From positions 6,944,001 through 7,008,000 of the forward strand of contig JBHGNT010000016.1 in NCBI GenBank assembly GCA_043228905.1: 64,000 nt of DNA, written 5' to 3'. A program made the position numbers and the translations under genes. The notes beneath the pieces were generated by a model. It was not told the origin of the DNA and searched no databases. It was given only the letters and a program-made list of their open reading frames with translations. The stretch comes from Azolla caroliniana. Its lineage: Eukaryota; Plantae; Polypodiophyta. Positions 13,401-21,901 of the stretch are shown piece after piece. Numbering within the stretch: position 1 is the stretch's first letter; every line of letters begins with the position of its first letter.

Positions 13401-14085
13401 TGGGGCAATCGTACGGTCGATGATGAGGAAGTGTGTTGGCTTGTACTTTATCGAACACATCGGTGTAATGGCGATACTTCTCGGGAAGTTGAACGGTGGA
13501 TTCTTCTTTAGTGGTGTTGGAGGGGTTTACTGATATTGCAAAGAGGAACATTTCCTCCTTGTGCCCTTCTTTACGCAACTGACGTAGCGAAATGGTTGCC
13601 ATCTTCTGAGTTGACCCTTGGGTTTGTCGACACCGGATTTCTCTTGTTCTCCAATCTATGTCAGGGTTATGTAACTCGAACCACGGTAGTCCTAAAACTA
13701 TAGGATGTTCTGGGATACTAATAATATTAAATGATACTACACATACTAAGTTATCTAGGACAATATTAATGGGCTCTGACTCTTCTAGGATATTTCCGGA
13801 AGCAATGGGACGTCCATCAATGACTACTACAGAGGCTGAACACTGGAGTTTTCTTAGGGATATCTTATGAGCTTGAGCAAATTTCTTATCCATAAAGCAA
13901 GAGTTAGCTCCGGAATCTAGGAGTGCTAGGACATGTATTGGAGGGGTACTTTTAGTACTAACTATTACTTGGGCTACGAACACATCACTAACTTGCTTAG
14001 AGGGAATGGAACCACTAATGGGCTGCACAGATCTAGGGTTGTCCAACCAAACGGCTCCTATTTTGGCTGGACTTAGTCGTTTAAC
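10489..14085 (-). CDS. pol: Element D pol (PR-RT-RNase H-IN-chromodomain), entered by a -1 frameshift
   Basis: Uninterrupted 1185-aa ORF with LLDSGA, MPFGLTNAP, YLDDLL, EADASD, HHCC zinc finger, SDRG, QTDGQAER, GPF and chromodomain YEVAAIL...YLVDWLGY...TWEP. Confidence 0.95.
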   Translation of the reverse strand, partial: VKRLSPAKIGAVWLDNPRSVQPISGSIPSKQVSDVFVAQVIVSTKSTPPIHVLALLDSGANSCFMDKKFAQAHKISLRKLQCSASVVVIDGRPIASGNILEESEPINIVLDNLVCVVSFNIISIPEHPIVLGLPWFELHNPDIDWRTREIRCRQTQGSTQKMATISLRQLRKEGHKEEMFLFAISVNPSNTTKEESTVQLPEKYRHYTDVFDKVQANTLPHHRPYDCPIDLQPGKEPPWGPIYNLSPTELEVLRAYIEENLENGFIRHSKSPTGAPIFFVKKKDGSLRLVVDYRGLNKVTIRNRYALPLISSLLERINGARFFTKIDLRGAYNLVRIRPGDEWKTAFRTRYGHFEYTVMPFGLTNAPAVFQHMDNDIFRDLLDDCLIIYLDDLLVYSKTQEEHDSHVLLVLKRLREHGLYAKLEKCSFGCNQVEFLGYIISSEGISMDPAKVRTVVEWQTLRSVRDVQCFLGFANFYWKFIHDYSKIVLPLTQLTRKGQPFIWSEETDMAFESLKKAFTSAPILAHVDPEKSFIIEADASDFALGSILSQQGNDEKLHPVAFHSRKFDAADINYEIHDKELLAIVDSFMQWRHFLEGSSHPVTVFSDHKNLGYFQDARVLNRRQAWWAHFLTRFDFKITYRPGRHQGKADALSRRSYLAPRPGEPAFDNQKQVILGPARLQATQIFDMPMDSRVIDTIREDLKTDAFAQAILAQIDPSRASCSQSQPPGTDYRQFKYHDGLLFFKEILYVPNGSCRLRVVQNCHDTYTAGHFGSTKTLHLVQRSFWWPCMRQFVEDFVRTCDTCCRAKMPRHHPYGLLEPLSIPSKPWQSIALEFITDLPVSKGFNAILTVVDRYTKMAHFLPCTKEISSEDTAEIVMREVCRHHGLPDSIISDRGPQFVSKFWKHLFNMLKVTCNLSSGYHPQTDGQAERTNQTLEQYLRCFLSYHQDDWADILHFAEFAYNNSIHASTKVTPFYAYTGCHPQWSVLETPEVSTNPCAEDHLERLRKIQADLSTHLQQAQQTHKVYADRHQLPSSFNIGDRVWLLRRHIKTTRPCEKLDYRRLGPFRIIGKINDVAFRLDLPPQLRIHPVFHSSLFEPYHESTIPERLIQPPPPIELEDGPEYEVAAILDSKIVRNKLYYLVDWLGYSPSERTWEPIENVTNARALLEDFHRQYPHKPGPQSKTTRDTRRFKGGIVS

Positions 14086-16223
14086 TCTTCTTCTAACTGA
14101 CTAAGGACATCAAATTTGTTTGCTAGATCTGGGATATTAGTACTATTAGGACTATCAGATATCCCTACTGAAATAGGCTCGGATTTAGTACAATTAGAAC
14201 TAGCGACTATTTGGTTTACCTGTCTTCTTGGCCTATGGGGGCAATTTATTGCGATATGTCCTGGTCCACCGCAGTAAAGACATAGTCGATTTGTACGGCG
14301 TCGCTGCTTTTCTTCTTCGGATAATGGCCCTCGACGACGTGTAGTGTCAATCTCCATCGGAGTCGGAGTATTCGCTGGAGACGAATTATATGACTCCCTC
14401 GGAAAAGGTCTTGCTACCACTGAGGCGTAGGTGGGCTCTGATCTTGCCCTCGGCATCTGTAACTGTCGTTCCGAACGTCGCTCAAAGAGGCGGTTGTCAC
14501 ATCTCACCGCGCGACTGATTGCTTCTGTTAAGGACTTTGGCTCTTCGGGGAAGGTCAAGAGTAAATCCTTGACGTCGTTGCGTAAACCATAACGGAATTG
14601 CTCCATCAACGCTTGATCATCCCAATGGATATCGGCGGCCAGTAGGCGAAAATCTGCAGCGTATGCGGAGGCTGGACGGTCACCTTGGCGTAATCGCCGG
14701 ATTTTGTTGATTGCGGTCCTGATGCTGTCAGTATCTCCGAAACATGCTTTAAACTCACCTAGAAACTCTTCAAAATTGTTGAGTAACGGAGATTCCTTTT
14801 CTAATAGTGGAGCGAACCATGACAACGCTGAGCCACTTAACAAAGTGCCTACTAAACCCACTCGTGATGCATCGGTGGGATATCGGGAAGGATGCATTTG
14901 AATAACTAATCGTACCTGGTTAAGGAACCCTCTAAACTGCGATCGCGTTCCATCGAACTTCGTGGGAAGGCCAATCTTAGGTTCTTTATGAATCCCTTGT
15001 GTTCCAGGCCCATGTTGTTGCATCGCTACGATGGTGGCTTCGAGTTGTTGCACGCTGTCGTGACGTGGCTCGCCTAGAAGCGTAGCGTTGCGCACACAAA
15101 GGATAACGTGAAAGTGAGGAAGGAATCACAGGGATTATGGACGGAAGAGACGAAAGAGTAGAGATAGAGTGAATAGAGATCAATAAGATATGACAAAATA
15201 GGATTTTTAAGGAATATAAGATAAGACAAGATAAGATATAAAATAATATATGAGAAAGTGTATGAAATTTGTAATCATTTTCATGAAAGAGTTACAAAAT
15301 GATTGTGCACGTCGTTGAACCTCCGAACTTTGTCTTGCAAGGTAATCGCTCTTCTCTTTCTTGATCGTAGACCACTACAATCTTCACTTCAATATTTTGA
15401 TGAAGATAAGGCTCGAACTGCCTCCCTCTTGTTGAGAGTTGACCACCACGACCGCCAAGCTAGAGCTCCACCTTTATCTTGAACTTCTTCCTTTCTTTCT
15501 CTATTTTATGGTATCTCTTATGTAATATATATTTGATTGATATCTCATACCTATCTCCCTTTGATCTTCTCTTTCACCATTTAAATAGGTGCCCCCATGC
15601 ATATGATGCATTGGAGGGTACAAATCATGCATGTAGTGCATGAAATGCATGTGATGCATGATCGCCATTTGGCGTTCATGTATTACATGTGATGCATGAT
15701 AAACATCTCGCTCATTTGAGCTTTTATGTATGAAACAATATATGCAATAACAATAAACATGAAAACATAATCTTAAAGAGAAAGGGCCTATCCTAATGGT
15801 AGGTGTGTCAACTTTGGTGTATGAGGTTGTGGGTTTGAGTCTCAAAATGCTATTGAATACAACATACAACTTTATTTTTATATCATGAAGCAAATCCTTT
15901 ATGTAATATAAAGTATATATAAAGTATGCTTTATTTTATGTATATTACTAGTATAGAGTAAATGGTAAGATTTGAGAGTCATAGGGTGGGGTTATTGGTT
16001 CAAGTCCTCTCTTGTTCGTGTAATATAATATATTTATCTATATATATATATTATTTTTCTTTACATATATATAATATTATCATATGTGTTGTTAACATTA
16101 TATAAAACATTATCAAATGTTATTTTAGTTACGTATTTATCTTATTGTAGACTTTTAATGTGAAGCTTTCGTACTTCACGACATCCACCCCCTCTAGACC
16201 TGCACATCCTCCGGCATGTGCCA

Positions 16224-16808
16224 CTATCTTTCATCTTCATGTTGATCTATTTGAGGAGGTTCAAGCTCAAACCTTTTCTTAAATACTTTTATCCTCTTTC
16301 CAGCTACCACGTTTAGGATTAGTGTCCCATCCAATTCACTAAGCTTATAAGTAAAGTTATCATATACTTTTCTTACTATATAAGGCCCAAACCATCTTTC
16401 AGCGAACTTGCGGACGGTGCTATGTTGATTATCTAAACTGCTATCATACACGAGTACCCAATCTCCTTCTTCTATTTTCTTAGGTCGAATTCTATGACTT
16501 TTATCAAAACGGATTTTATTCTTTAGTCGAGCCTCCTTCAATCGTTGGGCTGCTATTTCTATATCTTCAGGTCGACGCTCTAATTGTTGAATTCGCAAAG
16601 CAAGCAATTCTTCTCTGCTCACCTCTTCTCTCCATGGAATAGATATCCATGACATAATTGATTCTTCTATCGGCATGATGGGCTTTTGGCCAAGTATCAA
16701 TTCAGCTGGCATGTATCCTGTTACTGAACTATGAGTTGTTCGATCCGCCCATAGTGCATAAGGTAGCATGCGTGGCCAATCTCTTATTTTACCTTTACAG
16801 CTTTTCAC
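16224..16808 (-). pseudogene. Element E integrase C-terminal part, out of frame because of a short deletion
   Basis: WPRMLPYALWADRTT...WFGPY; frame break at ERGHSPI|VKSC. Confidence 0.85.
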
Positions 16809-19678
16809 CTTATTGGGCTATGTCCTCTTTCAATCTTTCCATTGGCTTCTGGATTATACGCAGTTGTAAGTGATAATTTGACCCCTATTCGGCTGAAGAA
16901 TTCTCTAGCTTCATCAGAATCGAGTTCTCCTCTATCTGCAATTATTTTACCAACACACCCGTAACGACATATTACATCTTCTAACAAAAATTTACATACA
17001 GCTCTAGTTGTTTTTTGTCGTAGTGGTCTTCCTTCTACTTGGTTTGTAAGGTCTTCTCTTGCTAGTACTAAATATCGCATTTGACCTTCCCCAAGTGGCA
17101 TTGTCACTAAATCAACCATCCATTTATAATGCATTGATGATGAATATGTTGGTTTTAGCTCATCTCGATACCGGATAGTTGAATATCTCTGGCAAACCTC
17201 ACAGGTTTCCACAAATTTCGTTACATCTTTATACATATGTGGCCACCAATACTTTTCTTTCAACTTCATAAATGTCGCCCATATGCCTCTATGTCCTGCC
17301 CACAAACTATCATGGAATTCATTAAATAATTTTCTCTTAATGTCATCCTTACAAATGACTCGAAGAGGATTCTCGATTGGCCTTTTTGGACGCCTCCATA
17401 AATGCCCTTCATGTAAAAAAAACTTGAATGCTCGTCTTCGAAATTCATTTAATTGTTTCTTTGACCATGATGGGTTGGCTTCTTGAGTCTTTAGAAAATT
17501 TCCTATTTCTAACCATTGACCTTCATACTCTGTGTCTTTGAACATTATACTTACATAAAACTCATCATGAGGCGTAATAGATTCTTGATGAGCAAATTGA
17601 TGGCTTGTAGTTGCCCAGTACTTATCTTCAGTTTGCATCACCTTTTCATTTATGAACCTTGCCCTTGACAGCATATCTGCAACTGGGTTGTCTTTTCCTT
17701 TTATATGCCGCAATTCTGGGTTCATGGTTCTGATGTATGCAATCCACCGAAGCATTGCAATATCTGGTGTCGTGCAACTTGCTATCATTCCAATGAGTGG
17801 CAAACAATCTGTTTCAACCACTACATCTGCTCCGATCAAGTAATCTCTATCTGTTTTTAATGCAGTAAGCAAACCCCACAATTCTCGTTTAACTTGTGCA
17901 TAGTTTCTTTGTCTTTCATTTAATATCTTTGCTCCAAATCTGATAGCATATCGATGTTGGTCTTCATCTTCTTGGTTGATAACCCAACCGATCCCGATTG
18001 GGCTAGTATCAACTGTTACTATAATTGGTCTTTCACCTTTGTAGTCTGGTTGACGAAGAACTGGTGCTTTCAGTAATTCTTCTTTCAACTGTTGAACAAC
18101 TTGTGTATGTTCATCAGTCCAAATAAACTTCTTTCCTTTTCTTAAAAGTTGGTAGAGAGGATCTGAGACATGTGCAAAGTGTGGTAACCAAATATGATAA
18201 AACACACATGCACCCAAAAATCTTCTCACCTCTGTTACCGAGTCGCAAACTTCCTTCATATTTTGTATTGCGTTAATTTTGATCGGTGAAGGCTTCCTCC
18301 CATACCACCCACACATATGACCAACTATTAGAACTTCGTTTTGCCCAAAGCAAGACTTTGTTCCTGATAGTGTCAAATGTACCTGCTCAAGCTTATTTAA
18401 AATACTTTCACAGTCATTAATGTGATCCATCACAAACTTTCTGCAACCATTTCCAACCATAGTCTCATCTTTCTCTCTTTCTAAGCATCCCTTTATAGGA
18501 ATATCATCTAAAAATGGCATAGTTACCTTTGGGATGTATTCATGTAGAACTTTGTTCATTGCATTCATCATATGAGCAACTGAATTCGTCGCACCTTGAG
18601 GTAGAGTGCACATTCGAACCAACCCAATTGGTGTTTTCATTGTTGTGATGTTGCGACTATCAATTGCTAGTTGAAATTGGTCGTATCCTGAATATAGGTC
18701 TCCCATAGAGTAAATCGCTCTTCCAGCAAACGCTTCCGCAAATTCATCAACGATCGGTCCGATTCCCACATTTCGGATTGTGACTTTGTTGACTGGTTGT
18801 AGATCTTGAATGAATCTTAGAGAACCATCTTTCTTTGGAACTGTGAACCATCTATTGGAGTATGGTGCATTTGAAGGCTCTAAAATCTTCATCTTGACTT
18901 TATCCTTCAACAGCTCCAACAATTGAGGTAATCGAGCTCTCGGTACTGCAATAGGTTTAAAATTCCAAGGAATATGAGGGATAGTAAATATTACCATTGG
19001 CGTCACCACCTTTGGATTTACACAACCAATCTCCTCAGCTTTGAATGCGAACGCTTTCCCATGCCTAAAGATCATTTCTTTGAAAGTTGCGATCTCTGAT
19101 TGCAGAAGAAATTCACCCCTTCCGATTCTCAAGTTATTTATTGTCTCCGAAGTGAAGTGATGTCCAATCTTCTCTATTGGTCGAAGCATAGGCTCAGTTG
19201 CTGCTGCCTCCATCTTCTCTTCACTACCAATAGGTAATGGTACTGCAGCAGGTTTGACCTTTTTATCTATTGTTTTGTATTTTGTATTACATAAACTTTC
19301 TACTTCTTCATATTTACAATTATACCTATCAATCTCATAATACATATCAATTGAGTTTACATGTATCTTTCTAACATTCTCATCATCTTCTTTCAAATAC
19401 ATTTCTAACTCTTCTAAAGTATTTGCAAAAGAAATTTCTTCCATAACACTTTCAATCTGCTCTTCCATTTCAAGTACTCCATTATCCTTCAATGCCTGCT
19501 GAAACAGATTAGCATTCTTTTTCAAGTTCCTCTTGCATTCATACATCCTAGTCACACATATAGCACCACTTTCAGAAACATGAAATGACTTATTCATATG
19601 TTGTAATGCCCTATATGAGGGTCTTTTAATAATGGGACTATTGCAACCCTCACGCGCAACAGTCCTAGTCAAAAACCT
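16805..19678 (-). CDS. pol: Element E RT-RNase H-integrase ORF (+1/-2 frame relative to gag-PR)
   Basis: LPQGATNS, FLDDI, VDTSP, HHCC zinc finger, WMVDLV, IADRGE, EANGKIERGH. Confidence 0.9.
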   Translation of the reverse strand, partial: RFLTRTVAREGCNSPIIKRPSYRALQHMNKSFHVSESGAICVTRMYECKRNLKKNANLFQQALKDNGVLEMEEQIESVMEEISFANTLEELEMYLKEDDENVRKIHVNSIDMYYEIDRYNCKYEEVESLCNTKYKTIDKKVKPAAVPLPIGSEEKMEAAATEPMLRPIEKIGHHFTSETINNLRIGRGEFLLQSEIATFKEMIFRHGKAFAFKAEEIGCVNPKVVTPMVIFTIPHIPWNFKPIAVPRARLPQLLELLKDKVKMKILEPSNAPYSNRWFTVPKKDGSLRFIQDLQPVNKVTIRNVGIGPIVDEFAEAFAGRAIYSMGDLYSGYDQFQLAIDSRNITTMKTPIGLVRMCTLPQGATNSVAHMMNAMNKVLHEYIPKVTMPFLDDIPIKGCLEREKDETMVGNGCRKFVMDHINDCESILNKLEQVHLTLSGTKSCFGQNEVLIVGHMCGWYGRKPSPIKINAIQNMKEVCDSVTEVRRFLGACVFYHIWLPHFAHVSDPLYQLLRKGKKFIWTDEHTQVVQQLKEELLKAPVLRQPDYKGERPIIVTVDTSPIGIGWVINQEDEDQHRYAIRFGAKILNERQRNYAQVKRELWGLLTALKTDRDYLIGADVVVETDCLPLIGMIASCTTPDIAMLRWIAYIRTMNPELRHIKGKDNPVADMLSRARFINEKVMQTEDKYWATTSHQFAHQESITPHDEFYVSIMFKDTEYEGQWLEIGNFLKTQEANPSWSKKQLNEFRRRAFKFFLHEGHLWRRPKRPIENPLRVICKDDIKRKLFNEFHDSLWAGHRGIWATFMKLKEKYWWPHMYKDVTKFVETCEVCQRYSTIRYRDELKPTYSSSMHYKWMVDLVTMPLGEGQMRYLVLAREDLTNQVEGRPLRQKTTRAVCKFLLEDVICRYGCVGKIIADRGELDSDEAREFFSRIGVKLSLTTAYNPEANGKIERGHSPIR

Positions 19679-21839
19679 GATTATCAAAATCATCACAGTC
19701 TTTTGGTATTAAATGATCACGAAGCTCTTGCTTGTTCCTCTCATGATTTGGGCGAACTGTCATAAATTGTACAGTTCGTCGTCCATCTTGGCTACGGATT
19801 TTCGCATAGGCAGAACCATTGTCGAGGACTTTGGTCTCCATTCGTACCGCTGTAATGTATGGTTGCCCTAGGATTATTGGATAGGTAGATCCTTCCTGCA
19901 CAAAGAAATGTTGATCTACCTCTATATCACCAATAGTAACCTTTACATTTGGGCATGCACCAAATAAATCTTCTGTGACTGATGTGGCAGCTTTTACTCG
20001 CCAACCATGTTGAGTATCAATTGGCCATCTACCTTTCCTGTAAAAATCAGCACTCATTATATTTATTTCAGAACCATGATCAATAAGTGCCATCACGGGG
20101 TCTGGAACATTTCCAATCTTCACATGATGCTCAGTAGTGGCTCTTGCCCAACATTTGCGAGAGTAATGGCTTCTTACATCTGTTGAATTTATCATTGAGG
20201 TTGATGCATGTTGAGAGTCAACAACGATATTGTTTGACTCGTTGCTCACCACTTCATATGCCACCTTCGGATTTGTCTCTTTAACCTGCTCATTTACTTG
20301 CTTCTTTCTTCGCACAATATCAATTATTTCATCATGAAATTCCTTTTTTGCAATACCTAACACTTCTCTTAGTGTAAATTCTACTCGACTGTCTAGTATT
20401 CTTGTTTCTAAAACTTTCTTTAAATCTGTATCCTTTTCAATATCAGACATTAATTTGAATGAAGGACCAGATTTACCTTTTTCAACTTTTGCGTCCATCT
20501 CTTTTCTTTTGCTTTCTCTTGTTTCATGCTTTTTGGTTGAGCCAATCTCATCATCCGATCTTTTCCTTTTTTCTTCCACTATCACCTCATGCTCTTGGTG
20601 TTCTGCCATCTGAGCATAGACCGTCATAGCATCTACTGGAACATCCCATCCAGTGTTTTTCCTTACAGAATCTCCGGCAACACGAAGGTCTTCCATCTTC
20701 ATCTTTTGCTTTTGTGCGGTACTTACAACCTTCTCCCAGAATGGTGATCGGGATGGCATGTCATCGAGGCGCACCCCTGCCGTTGCCGAGTAGTACATTG
20801 CGGAAGCCTTCTTTGCTTCAGCTTCTTCAAATTTAACCTTAACACCACCATCACCAAAGTTCTTTGTAAGTGGACTTCTAGTTTCAGTTAAATAAATGTT
20901 ACCATTTTTCCAATACACCAAGTCTCGATTTTCCATGTCTTTATATTCCGCACAATCACGTAATCGATGTTCGAGGCTATCACACCACATGCATCGAGGT
21001 CGAAATGGTTCCCTTGACCTCGAAGTCTGACCATTCTCAAGCTTTGCCACTTTAATTGTTAGATCTTTCATACTTTGAACTAAATCATCAAGCAAAGACT
21101 CACTCTTAGTTTCGATCATTTCTCGTGGTTGATGGACCATTTCGTGTGATGGTTCTTGACCAAGTCTTTGAACTTCGATGTTTTGCTCAAGCCGATTTGT
21201 GATTCCCACATGTGGTATTTGTAGCATTGCACCATTCCTTTGCATTCTTTTCATAAATTTATTACAAGCATTTGTTACCTCATTCCAATCTGCAGTTATA
21301 CCATCCTCAGTATTTGGTACTTCAAGCATGAATTCCAATTCTTTTCTATATCTCTTGTCAACTGCCTGCAAAAATAAAGCAACCTTTTGCCAAGACAAAG
21401 AATTTCTTTCTTCTGGCTTTAGGTGTCCATACATCCTATCAAACTCTTTTTTTGTGTCAGACACAGATAACCCTTTATCTTCTTTTAAGATCCATTCATG
21501 AAATGAACGCATAGTAACTCGAGAGAAATCCTCACGAGCATATTCAGACACAAGTGCTTCTTTGAATGCATTCCAATCCAAACTATGCAATGCTTGTATT
21601 TCATGAATTCTATCTCTTAATTCCATGTCCACTAATTTATAAAAGTTTGCTATCATATTGACATCATTTATACCAAACATTTCCATTTCATCATAATATA
21701 TATTCACATACTTCGAAATATTTGTGCCATCAAACATACCAATCTTCTCTCGGACTTCTCGTAAGGCATGAAATAATCGATCTTGATTCAACTTTTCAAT
21801 AAACAACATTACCGGATCCATTGTACTCGTACTTGCCAT
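19665..21839 (-). CDS. gag: Element E gag-protease ORF
   Basis: Open ~725-codon ORF with FDGTNIS, knuckle CMWCDSLEHRLRDC and aspartic protease-like ALIDHGSEINIM...IILGQP. Confidence 0.9.
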   Translation of the reverse strand: MASTSTMDPVMLFIEKLNQDRLFHALREVREKIGMFDGTNISKYVNIYYDEMEMFGINDVNMIANFYKLVDMELRDRIHEIQALHSLDWNAFKEALVSEYAREDFSRVTMRSFHEWILKEDKGLSVSDTKKEFDRMYGHLKPEERNSLSWQKVALFLQAVDKRYRKELEFMLEVPNTEDGITADWNEVTNACNKFMKRMQRNGAMLQIPHVGITNRLEQNIEVQRLGQEPSHEMVHQPREMIETKSESLLDDLVQSMKDLTIKVAKLENGQTSRSREPFRPRCMWCDSLEHRLRDCAEYKDMENRDLVYWKNGNIYLTETRSPLTKNFGDGGVKVKFEEAEAKKASAMYYSATAGVRLDDMPSRSPFWEKVVSTAQKQKMKMEDLRVAGDSVRKNTGWDVPVDAMTVYAQMAEHQEHEVIVEEKRKRSDDEIGSTKKHETRESKRKEMDAKVEKGKSGPSFKLMSDIEKDTDLKKVLETRILDSRVEFTLREVLGIAKKEFHDEIIDIVRRKKQVNEQVKETNPKVAYEVVSNESNNIVVDSQHASTSMINSTDVRSHYSRKCWARATTEHHVKIGNVPDPVMALIDHGSEINIMSADFYRKGRWPIDTQHGWRVKAATSVTEDLFGACPNVKVTIGDIEVDQHFFVQEGSTYPIILGQPYITAVRMETKVLDNGSAYAKIRSQDGRRTVQFMTVRPNHERNKQELRDHLIPKDCDDFDNQVFD

Positions 21840-21883
21840 GTTGATGTTGATCTTCACTTTAGATGTCTCTTCTACTTCCCCGT

Positions 21884-21901
21884 TTCACGTCGGGTTCACC
21901 A
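21884..21901 (-). promoter_or_regulatory. Primer-binding site (tRNA-Trp) of element E
   Basis: The plus strand reads TTCACGTCGGGTTCACCA, matching the 3' 18 nt of plant cytosolic tRNA-Trp(CCA) as recalled; 5-nt spacer to the LTR. Confidence 0.85.

Noticed and set aside
15501-15893. 130-aa His/Met-rich ORF (duplicated at 22352-22744)
   Set aside because: Lies within E's LTR; the His/Met richness comes from the CATG/RY repeats and no protein family is recognisable.
19650-19667. MuLV-type UAG readthrough in element E
   Set aside because: The zero frame closes with UGA four codons after the UAG and is not the pol frame.
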